Under the pieces are notes generated by a model that was not told the DNA's origin, ran no database searches, and saw only the letters and a list, made by a program, of their open reading frames with translations. A DNA stretch of 58,342 nt from Octopus bimaculoides (taxonomy: Eukaryota): positions 148,206,845 to 148,265,186 of the forward strand of contig NC_068981.1 of NCBI RefSeq assembly GCF_001194135.2. Direction: 5' to 3'. Below, in pieces: positions 48,212 through 54,951 of the stretch; position 1 is the first letter of the stretch; every line of letters begins with the position of its first letter. The translations under genes and the position numbers were made by a program.

Positions 48212-49001
48212 TGGTTAAAAAAAAAGCGGGGAAAGAGTAGGAATGAAAGAGAGATAAGGTGATTTACAAGACAGGAGCAAGAAGCAGGCTTCCTAAATAC
48301 TGTCTTTATACAAATAAATGTCCTTGGATGGGGCGCAGAAAAAAAAAATGAAGCCTCTGAATGAATGACTTGAGACAAGAAAATGTGGGAAATATGACAT
48401 GCATGTCATAAAGTGGCTTTTGTTTATGTCGGGAAAACATTTACATAATGCACAGACATTTAGAAAGTCATGAAGTTTCGTTAATTATAAAAATAAAATC
48501 ATGAATTGAAAAACTGTTGTCGTTCTGCTACAGTAACGTAATCGGGCTTATCTTCTTGTTGACAAACACAGATGAGGAAAGCCCGACCAAAAATCAATTA
48601 TGTGTGTGTGTATGATGTGGTGAAACATTATATGTATATATATATATATGATAGATGACTTGATAATGCACGCATAATGAAATTAAGCATGTAAATAAAT
48701 TACGGATGATCGGTTGGAAGTGGGTAAAACTTAGGTTAACACTTACCAGCCACTGGTGACGGCATCCTGACGGCGCACCATCGTAACTTCCACTGTAAAC
48801 AGATGAGAAAGTGAAAGAACAACTAGACCAAATAGATATCATTGACTATTAAAGTCGTCAAACATCAAAATTTCACAATAATTTTACAACAAAGAATTTA
48901 GAAGAAAAATAATAAAGTCAGATATTTCTTTTACGACAATTTACCTTTTTGCCATCTCTGTATTTAACACGACCATCAGCGATTAAATTCATATCTGCCA
49001 T
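94..49001 (-). CDS. DOK7: DOK7-like adaptor gene, join(49001-48945, 48792-48747, 17370-17140, 15797-15588, gap-12520, 7287-6650, 4035-1419, 830-94); about 1550 aa
   Basis: The assembled N-terminus MADMNLIADGRVKYRDGKK-WKLRWCAVRMPSPVA-DRLQVYLYKD...RIRRCLGE-EHQYRV...WRIHDLRRFGVVEGKFVFEGGSRC aligns by eye with human DOK7 MTEAALVEGQVKLRDGKK-WKSRWLVLRKPSPVA-DCLLMLVYKD...RIRYALGE-VHRFHV...WKLSDLRRYGAVPSGFIFEGGTRC (recalled). All visible introns are GT-AG with compatible phases. The seven fully visible exons sum to 4536 nt, a multiple of 3. Confidence 0.9.
1419..4035 (-). CDS. DOK7: Coding exon 7 (2617 nt), very large disordered S/P/N-rich exon with many Tyr motifs
   Basis: ORF 1351-3972 extends in frame to acceptor tcatttag/GTT (phase 0). 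Donor G/gtaagc at 1418 (phase 1). Confidence 0.87.
4318..4662. repeat. 345-bp imperfect fold-back palindrome with no spacer; arms carry decayed hammerhead-like motifs
   Basis: Centre tttttAGATCTaaaaa at 4487-4492. Ends tagacaataagaagagcatg / catgctcttcttattgtcta. Minus strand of the left arm reads CTGAAGAaggc...gttGAAAtatt. Confidence 0.85.
4661..4742. repeat. (ATT)n microsatellite
   Basis: About 27 units, directly abutting the fold-back; gives the spurious poly-Ile ORFs. Confidence 0.97.
5314..5684. repeat. 371-bp fold-back (arms 5314-5488 and 5496-5684, 7-nt loop) with a hammerhead-like motif on each strand
   Basis: Arms are reverse complements apart from small indels and microsatellite length. 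CTGATGAaGGCTG..CAGCCGAAAC occurs at 5604-5636 (+) and 5386-5354 (-). Confidence 0.9.
6650..7287 (-). CDS. DOK7: Coding exon 6 (638 nt), Ser-rich linker ending in a predicted coiled segment (KLHKEEQNLQREITLLDEMLQ)
   Basis: Within ORF 6587-7267, extended to acceptor ctttgtag/GA (phase 1). Donor CAG/gtaagt (phase 0). Confidence 0.88.
7855..8122 (+). mobile_element. (GAT)n-tailed short element, family C (RTE-type 3' end). Similar copies at about 6300-6543, 8525-8718, 16645-16843, 31950-32130, 35395-35535, 38600-38780, 39320-39470, 41170-41431
   Basis: Shared gagtggttggcgttaggaagggcatccagct...aacccatgccag...tggaaaatggacgttaaa(cga)tgatgatg. Confidence 0.85.
8401..8456. repeat. Short degenerate tandem repeat (T)nAGTA
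   Basis: About 7 units of tttagta or tttagca. Confidence 0.8.
9442..9750 (+). mobile_element. Diverged tRNA-headed SINE
   Basis: A box TGGTCTAATGG (9447-9457), B box GGTTCAATTCC (9491-9501). The 3' boundary is approximate. Confidence 0.6.
10647..11039 (-). mobile_element. Full-length tRNA-derived SINE (family A), inverted relative to the 20285 copy
   Basis: Colinear reverse complement of 20285-20674, (AC)n tail, TSD aatcat (10641-10646 / 11040-11045). Confidence 0.9.
11108..11490 (-). mobile_element. SINE family B (diverged). Further partial copies at about 13110-13420, 16455-16630, 18030-18155, 18640-18760, 28379-28510, 32190-32370, 43200-43355, 50440-50660, 57040-57310
   Basis: Reverse complement of the family B core (cagtttctgtctatcaaatcc...cacaaggctttggtc) and tail (ttttacttgtttca). 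Confidence 0.78.
11745..11971 (-). mobile_element. tRNA-headed SINE sharing the family A/E-type head with a different tail
   Basis: Minus strand reads gtggaggcacctggctaagtggttag...gttttgattcctgg. Confidence 0.7.
12520..12589 (-). CDS. DOK7: Coding exon 5, visible 3' part (EIFQAASEGKPTAGERKWPVMLR+A); 5' part lies in the N-gap
   Basis: Donor A/gtaagt at 12519-12514 is phase 1, matching exon 6. The peptide fits the C-terminal helix of the PTB domain. The acceptor is not visible. Confidence 0.75.
12590..12901. other. Assembly gap hiding the 5' part of exon 5. Other gaps: 17979-18000, 21141-21598, 27235-27305, 31465-31827, 34069-35049, 36971-37077, 38222-38231, 47491-47833
   Basis: Runs of N. 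Confidence 0.99.
13648..13901. mobile_element. Tc1/mariner-type MITE (254 bp)
   Basis: 24-bp imperfect TIRs CAGTCATGGCCAAAAGTTTGGAAC / GTTCCAAACTTTTGGCCACAGCTG flanked by TA on both sides. Confidence 0.88.
14004..14223. mobile_element. piggyBac-type MITE (220 bp); related fragments at about 19030-19120, 20860-20955, 27500-27640, 28240-28370, 30490-30632, 36050-36270
   Basis: TIRs CCCTTTCGATACC / GGTAACGAAAGGG (12 of 13 match) flanked by TTAA on both sides. Confidence 0.88.
14317..14587 (-). mobile_element. tRNA-headed SINE-like element carrying a hammerhead-like motif
   Basis: A box TAGCATAGTGG (14584-14574), B box GTTCAATCC (14537-14529), then cacCTGAAGAaGGCTG-gaacataca-CAGCCGAAACataGTG, an (ATC)n tract, and a tail shared with the 5.7 kb element. 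Confidence 0.7.
14456..14503 (-). ncRNA. Minimal type-I hammerhead-ribozyme-like motif (imperfect)
   Basis: CUGAAGA core, extra A, 5-bp stem II, GAAAC, 3-bp stem I (CAC/GUG). Stem III has a C-A mismatch where C-G is expected. Confidence 0.5.
15588..15797 (-). CDS. DOK7: Coding exon 4 (210 nt), IRS-type PTB domain
   Basis: Within ORF 15544-15813. Acceptor tttacag/AA, donor G/gtaaca, phase 1-1. Contains the W..DLRRFG...FEGGSRC PTB signature. Confidence 0.93.
16054..16397. other. CpG-rich island in intron 3, either a repeat 3' end or a promoter-like segment
   Basis: Locally many CpGs; ACGCATGCGCA, CTTCCGG and AATGGCGGC motifs; an 8-bp hairpin at 16307-16329; ends in (GAAT)n. Confidence 0.45.
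17140..17370 (-). CDS. DOK7: Coding exon 3 (231 nt), remainder of PH domain
   Basis: Within ORF 17087-17413. Polypyrimidine acceptor tttttcag/AC, donor G/gtttgt, phase 1-1. Same 231-nt length as human exon 3 (c.101-331, recalled). Confidence 0.93.
20285..20674 (+). mobile_element. Full-length tRNA-derived SINE (family A)
   Basis: A box TGGCCCAGTGG, B box GTTTCGATTCC, (CAA)n tail, 9-bp TSD attttaatt (20276-20284 / 20675-20683). Confidence 0.9.
22573..22786 (+). mobile_element. SINE family D (central domain resembles MetaSINE as recalled). Copies at about 24170-24385 (+), 42020-42330, 43940-44070, 44260-44500
   Basis: ggcggtgagctggcagaaacgttagc...gagttcaaattc...gactttgccttccatcctttc..gataaattaagtaccagt. 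Confidence 0.8.
26915..27480 (+). mobile_element. SINE family B with internal (TA)/(TG) microsatellite, a nested insert and an N-gap
   Basis: Head ggcacaggagtggctgtg, core ggatttggtagacggaaactgaaagaagccc, tail cagcatggccgcagtcaaatgactgaaacaagtaaaa. Confidence 0.85.
28515..28846 (-). mobile_element. tRNA-headed SINE family E
   Basis: Near-identical organisation to 57637-57972. tRNA-like head at the right end. The 3' part also occurs at about 20050-20270 (+). Confidence 0.85.
29865..30060 (-). mobile_element. SINE family D, minus strand; also about 38330-38500, 12902-13070, 5780-5900, 6000-6210, 40960-41160
   Basis: Reverse complement of the family D core (ggtacttaatttatcgaccccgaaaggatgaaagg). 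Confidence 0.8.
32373..32436. repeat. (TA)n microsatellite; many others throughout, often flanking gaps
   Basis: Direct reading. Confidence 0.95.
33204..33296. repeat. (AG)n microsatellite
   Basis: Direct reading. Confidence 0.97.
36815..37262 (+). mobile_element. SINE family B, with a gap inside the internal microsatellite
   Basis: Same core and tail as the 26915 copy. Confidence 0.88.
37524..37744. mobile_element. Second piggyBac-type MITE family; related sequence at about 24660-24890
   Basis: ttaa-CTCTTTAGCATT ... AAAGCTAAAGGG-ttga (decayed TTAA). Confidence 0.7.
39537..39895 (+). mobile_element. SINE family B (diverged)
   Basis: Same head, core and tail with an internal (GT)n. Confidence 0.82.
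41441..41608. mobile_element. hAT-type MITE (168 bp)
   Basis: Ends CAAGGGTCCCTAACC / GATTGGGCCCACTG with 8-bp flanks gtttagat / gtgtagat (7 of 8 identical). Confidence 0.75.
42950..43100 (-). mobile_element. Family C related elements on the minus strand; also about 17560-17700, 18490-18600, 21860-21930, 50790-50960, 55620-55720
   Basis: ctggatgcccttcct motif, the reverse complement of the family C core. Confidence 0.7.
48747..48792 (-). CDS. DOK7: Coding exon 2 (46 nt, WKLRWCAVRMPSPVA+G)
   Basis: Acceptor tttacag/TGG, donor G/gtaagt, phase 0 to 1. Same 46-nt length as human DOK7 exon 2 (c.55-100, recalled). Confidence 0.92.
48945..49001 (-). CDS. DOK7: Coding exon 1 (57 nt, MADMNLIADGRVKYRDGKK), start of PH domain
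   Basis: Read by hand, not in the ORF track. ATG at 49001-48999, donor AAG/gtaaat, phase 0. Matches the DOK7 N-terminal VKxRDGKK. Confidence 0.9.
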
Positions 49002-49040
49002 ATTGCTCCCATGTTGGGAGTGATGTGCTAGCAGCCGACA

Positions 49041-49082
49041 ACCCATTGGTCAATTGCTTTCCGTAACTGTTTACCCATTGGT
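49041..49082 (-). promoter_or_regulatory. Two identical ACCAATGGGT (CCAAT/NF-Y-type) boxes 32 bp apart, just upstream of the ATG
   Basis: acccattggt at 49041-49050 and 49073-49082. On the gene strand these read GACCAATGGG and AACCAATGGG. Confidence 0.45.
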
Positions 49083-49972
49083 TGAACTACGTTTCACTAA
49101 TGTTACCATCCCGCACCACTACAACCATCATCACTATTCGCATCATTTTACTCTCTATTACACCACATTTGACATGACTCCAAAGCTGACTCAGATTATT
49201 ATAGTATGCTATGGAAAGATAGATAGTCAGACTGACAAACAAATAAACTGGATGGGGGAGTAAAGATTCAAGGAAAACCACATGGTATTTCCACATGGAA
49301 AGAAAAACAAAAAGGAAAAAGAGCTATTACATATATGTCTATATATATATAACTGGATCTTTAATTGTTTAAGACTATAAGATGGTTGGCTAGAGAAGAA
49401 AAAAATTACTTTTTAAAACAAAATTATAGCGATATTTAAAACAAAATTTAACTTAAGCACTGTGTTACGTTCTTAATATTGCCTCCTGCCTTCCCCCACT
49501 CCCTATCTATCTATCTATCTATCTATCTATATTATTATCATCATCATTATTATTATTCATTTAGCCTTTTTTTGTTTGATATGCTTGAATAACATATGTC
49601 TATATAGGTTATTTTCCTTTAACTCCCACCCTCCAGAAATATTGAAATAGCTAATGAATTCTAGATCAAAACAATGTTTTTTCAAAAGGAACAAACATTT
49701 ATTGGTTCTTTTATGTGAGATGAACATATAGGGTTTATTGCTTGGATGGCATAGAAAGGGAAATATTTTGCCTTTTCTATAATCGAAATCAATAGATAAT
49801 CAATAAATAAATACATGCAGCTTTGGATATTGAACCTGCTTTATTCTGAATTACTGGCACTTTAACAAGTAGGCCATCCCCAGTAAAAGAACCTTCTGAT
49901 CTTCTGGTAAATTGAATAAATATCAGATTGTGTGTCTGAGCACATATCTATTTATATATGTGTGTATATGTG

Positions 49973-49974
<2 letters not shown>

Positions 49975-50032
<58 letters not shown>

Positions 50033-50034
50033 AA

Positions 50035-50085
<51 letters not shown>
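49975..50085. repeat. (TCTA)n/(TCTG)n compound microsatellite
   Basis: Direct reading. Confidence 0.95.
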
Positions 50086-50679
50086 GTATTTGTGTATATA
50101 TACGTATTTATATATATGTGTGTGTACACACATACACATGTATATACACATAAGATAGTTTAGTTAATTAATGCATCATCTCAATGAATGTACCAATGTG
50201 CAAATGAACAAAATCAGTGCATGTTATGCATAACATTTTTCATAAGTGCTTTTAAAATGCCGTCTGTCTCTCTCTGTAGAGGGAATAAAGTAATCAAGTA
50301 ACCTGTTCTGATGAGCCAGCATTAACCAGATGAAACTAGTTGAGTGGCTCTTTGATTTGTTCTGCAGAGAGCTCTCTGTGGTTTAAACTGCAGGGCATGT
50401 TTACACAATGGTGCTAAATGTAAGGTTATTATCTCTTATCGTTTATCTTTTACTTGTTTTAGCCATTAGATTGTGGTTATGCTGGGGCACCACCTTGAAG
50501 AATTTTTAGTTGAATGAATCGACCCCAGTATTTATTTTCTTTTTTTAAGCCTGGTATTTATTCTCTTGGGGTCTTTTTGCTGAACAGCTGAGTTATGGGG
50601 ACATAAGCACACCAACAGCAGTTGTTAAGCAGTGGTAAGGGAACAAACACAGACTCAAAGGCACACATACATCATCACT

Positions 50680-50680
<1 letters not shown>

Positions 50681-50766
<86 letters not shown>
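50681..50766. repeat. (CAT)n microsatellite
   Basis: Direct reading; source of the poly-His, poly-Ile and poly-Met pseudo-ORFs. Confidence 0.97.
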
Positions 50767-50767
<1 letters not shown>

Positions 50768-50960
50768 CCACCACTGCCACCGCCACCACCAGACTCCAGT
50801 CTGATTTGGAATGGTTTCTACAGCTGGATGCCCTTCCTAATGCCAACCACTTACAAACCGTGCTAGGTGTTTTTATGTGGCACTGCATGGGTGCATTTAT
50901 GTGATGCCACATAGGTGCTTTCACATGGTGCTGTATGGGTACTTTTATGTGACACTGTAT

Positions 50961-53392
50961 ATCATCATCATCATCATCATCATTGTTTAACATCCACTTT
51001 CCATGCTAGCATGAGTGAGACGATTTGAGAAGAGCCGGCCAGGCAGAAGCCTGGACCAGACTTCTGTGACTGTTTTGGCAGGGTTTTTGCAGCTTGATGC
51101 CCTTTCTAACACTAAGCACTCAGCAGAGCGGACTTAGTGCTATTTATGTGGCACAAGCACAAGTGAGGTCAGTTTTGGCAAGGTTTTTACAGCTGGATCC
51201 CCTTCCAAATGCCAACCACTTTACAGTGTGGACTGGACGCTTTTTAAGTGGCACCTGCACTGACAGGGTCACAAAGTAACTTGCAAGGCTAAAATCTTTT
51301 GAGAGGGGAGGGGGAATTGGAGGAGGTGATCTTGTGTCGGATGATGATAGGTTATAGTGAGACAGAGAGACAGAAATAGGTGTCTTGCTGAAGAGGAAGT
51401 ACAAGGTTACCCAGCCAGAGAGAAAGAGAGAGAGAGAGAGGGTGGGGAGAGAGAGATCAGGGATGAAGACAGAAACAGGTGTGTTGCTGCAAAGGAGATA
51501 CATGGTTACCCAAGTTGAGGGAAGTGCAGGAGAAGGGGAGAGAGCTGAATAGAGATAGTGGAAATGAGTGCCAGGCATACTCACAAGGGATCAGAATATA
51601 AATGGGATGGTTGAGTAAAGGCATAGAGAGATATAGATGGTGGCAGGTGCCAGGGTATGCCCTTGAGGTTCAAAGGTCATAATATAAGAGGCAAGATATT
51701 GCCAAAGAAGCATGATTAGAGAGTGAGGAGGGGAAATGAGTGGTGAAAACCTGGGTATATATAGAGTGGGGTGAGGCTACTGGATAACAATGATACAGAG
51801 AAACAGGGCCATGTGGATAGGATTGGGGAGTAAGAGCTAGGTATAATGCATGAAGGAGGAAATGTGAGAAAGAGAAGAGATGTAGATTGGTTTGTTGGGA
51901 GTAGAGTGTATGAAAATTTTTCTTGTTATGTGTGGGTGGGACACAGCACTTCTAGAACTCAGTTTCGTTGACATGGACAGGTTTCATCAAGAACCTCATA
52001 TTGCCATACATCTCAGTCCATTGTCATTTCCTCTGTGAAGTCCAACATTCTGAGATCAGTCCTTACCACTTCATCCCACATCTTCCTGGGTCTCCCTCTT
52101 CCATGGGTACCATCCACTTTCAGTAATTGGCACTTCCTTATGCAGCTTTCCACATTCATATGCATTACATGTTCAACCCAACATAGTCTTCTCTCTTGCA
52201 TGCTACATTTGATTCCTCTTATGCCCAACTTTTCTCTCAGTACATTTGCATTTTGTCTTACATGCACACTGATGTTGCACATCTAAAGGAGCATACTGAC
52301 TTCATTTCTCTCCACTGTATGCATGTCTCCTGCATTTAGCGCCCATGTCTCACTACCATGGAGTATAACTGTTCACACACAAGCATGATACAGTCTACCT
52401 TGCACTCTGAGAGAGAGAGTCCTTTGTTGCCAACAGAGGTAATAACTCTCTGAACTTCCTTCACCCTATTCTTATTCTAGAAAAAATACTTTCAGAACAT
52501 CCTCCACCATTGCTAATTTGGTCACCTAGGTAACAGAAACTATCTACATCAAGAGAGCCTCTTGAGCATTCGAGAGACTCTAAGTCCCGTGTGCTCTTAG
52601 TGCTTATTGTCCCTGCACATCTGTCACATACAAAGACAACTTTATCTGTTAATCTACCTGTGATTCCACTGCACCCCTTATGTGTCCCTAGATTACAATT
52701 AGTGCAGCGAATGGAATTTCTTCCAACACCTTTCCTACATGTTGAGCAGGGCCATTTACCTGACGGAGAGAAAGTTTTACTAACAACAACTTCGGTCTTT
52801 GCTAGGTTAACTTTAAGGCACTTTGATTCCAGATTTTGTTTCCATACCTGGAATTTCTTCTCCAATTCTGTTAAAGATTCTGCAATAAGAGCAAGGTCAT
52901 CAGCTTATAGCAGTTCCCATGGGCATCCAGTTTTGAATTCCTCTGTTATGACCTGGAGGACTGTAATGAATAGAAGTGGGCTGAGAACTGATCCCTGGTG
53001 AACCCCCTACTTGTGTTCATGGCTGAACCCCTACACTGTTTTCATGGCTGACTCTCACCCTACTGACAGCATCACTGTACATGGCTTGTACAGCTCCAAC
53101 AAGCCATTCTGCTACTTCTAACTTCCTTAGAGACCACCATATAACAGTGGAGAGCTCTGTTGAAAGCTTTCTCCAGGTTGACGAAGGCTAAGTACAATGG
53201 CCAAGAACTTTTCCTGCAGCTGTCTCACTAGGAAGATGGCATCAGTGGTACTCTTTCCAGGTACAAAACCAAACCGCATCTCATCTAGTTTAATTGTATT
53301 CCTAATCAATTGAGCTATAACCCTCTCAGTAATTTTCATGACTTGGTCTAGCAGTTTAATACCTCTCTAGTTGTTTCTATCTAAGGCATCAC
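50961..53392 (-). mobile_element. 5'-truncated, decayed RTE-clade LINE (RT fragments, 3' UTR, (GAT)n tail)
   Basis: Fragments RGIKLLDQVMKITER, FGFVPGKSTTDAIFLVRQLQEK, HQGSVLSPLLF, L*ADDLAL (YADD codon changed to TAA at 52907-52905), FCYLGD, GRGRPRKMWDEVV. Stops and frameshifts are present. Ends in ttaaacaa(tga)n at about 50961. Confidence 0.9.
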
Positions 53393-53427
53393 CTCACTCT
53401 CTCTCTTTCTCTCTTTCTCTCTCTCTC

Positions 53428-53459
<32 letters not shown>

Positions 53460-53495
53460 ACTCTATACACACAGACACACACACACATACATATG

Positions 53496-54606
53496 TACTT
53501 CTAGTATAAGGATAGAATTTTATTTTAAAAATTTATCAGTGGCCAGCATATGAAAAATACCTTTTAAGGTGAAAATTATAAATACAATTATAAATAAAAA
53601 CAAAAGAAAAAATTTTCTTTGCCAATATTCTGAAAAATAGATGCTAAATCGTCTAACCACATAAAATATTTTCACTATATTGTTACACCATGTGTTGAAA
53701 TGAAGAAAACAAGCTAAAAGTAATTCATAAAAATTCACTTTGGGACTGGTTGCTCACTCGCATGCGTTTCCTGACCAGCTACACGTGTTGAGGCTTGCTA
53801 GGGAATTTCTACTTGGATATATTTGGGGTACTTAAATGTATTCATGACTTTGCGACTGCTTTTCTGTGGGTATTTCTAATTATTTCATTTATTTTCATTT
53901 TGTGTTCCTCACTGATGAAGGAACAATTCTTTTAGATTAATCCAGAAATCGGAACAGATTCGGGGATAACTAAAATTTTTATGAATTTCTGTTGGCTTGC
54001 TTTCTTTGTTTCAACACATGGTGTAATAATATAGTGAAAATATTTTATGTGATTAGCATCTATTTTTCAGCATATTGGAAAAAAATTTTTTTTTTCTTTT
54101 GCCCTTATTTATAATTGTATTTATAATTTTCACTTTAAAAGGTGTTTTTCACATGCTGGTCACTGATAAAATATTTCTAAATAAAATTTTATCCTTATAT
54201 TAGAAGTAAATTAATTCTCATTCACTTCGGGACTAGTTAACCACTTGTGTCTGTTTCCTGACCAGTCACACATGTGTCAAGACTTGCTGTAGAATTTCTA
54301 CTTGGACATATTTGGGGTACTATGTATTCATGACTTTACATCTGTTTTTCAATGGGTATGTCTTAGCATTTCATTTATTTTCATTTTTGTGTTCCTCACT
54401 GATGAAGGAAAAATCCTTTTGGATTAATCCAGAAATTGGAACCAATTCGAGGATAACTAAAATTTTTATGAATTTCTGTTAGCTTGCTTTCCTTGTTTCA
54501 ACACATGGTGTAATAACATAATGAAAATATTTTATGTGGTTAGACAATTTAGCGTCTATTTTTCAGCATATTGGCAAAGAAAAAATTTTTCTTTGGCCCT
54601 TTTCCA

Positions 54607-54610
<4 letters not shown>
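53496..54610. mobile_element. Penelope-like terminal-repeat arrangement A(inverted)-B-A-B-A(partial), 487-bp tandem unit
   Basis: 53496-53735 is the reverse complement of 53974-54208. B starts at 53734 and 54221. CTGATGAAGGA..TCCAGAAA motifs at 53912 and 54399. No RT or GIY-YIG coding sequence seen. Confidence 0.6.
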
Positions 54611-54637
<27 letters not shown>

Positions 54638-54639
54638 TT

Positions 54640-54951
54640 GAAGGTGCGTGGCTTAGTGGTTAGCACATTCAGCTCACAATCGTAAGGTCGTGAGTTCGAT
54701 TCCTGGCGATGCATTGTGTCCTTGAGCAAGACACTTTATTTCACATTGCTCCAGTCCACTCAGCTGGCAAAAATGTGTAGTACCTGTATTTCAAAGGGCC
54801 GGCCTTGTCACGCTGAGTCTCCCTGAGAACTATGTTTGGGGGTACACGTGTCTGTGGATTGCTCAGTCACTTGCACGTTAATTTCACGAACAGGCTGTTC
54901 CGTTGATCGTATCAGCTGGGACCCTCGTCGTTGTAACTGACAGAGTACTCC
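54640..54951 (+). mobile_element. tRNA-derived SINE with a family-E-type head and a family-A-type tail
   Basis: A box TGGCTTAGTGG, B box GTTCGATTCC. The 3' half (ttcaaagggc...cctcgtcgttgtaa) matches the family A tail. Confidence 0.85.

Noticed and set aside
48542-48588. Imperfect hairpin TCGGGCTT...AAGCCCGA near the exon 2 donor as a pre-miRNA
   Set aside because: Only 8 contiguous pairs and too short for a Drosha/Dicer precursor.
50308-50341. CTGATGAG...GAAACTAGTT hammerhead-like core
   Set aside because: The core and palindromic stem III are present, but neither stem II nor stem I can pair convincingly.
53734-54610. CRISPR array or satellite interpretation of the tandem units
   Set aside because: Eukaryotic context, only about two 487-bp units and no repeat-spacer pattern.
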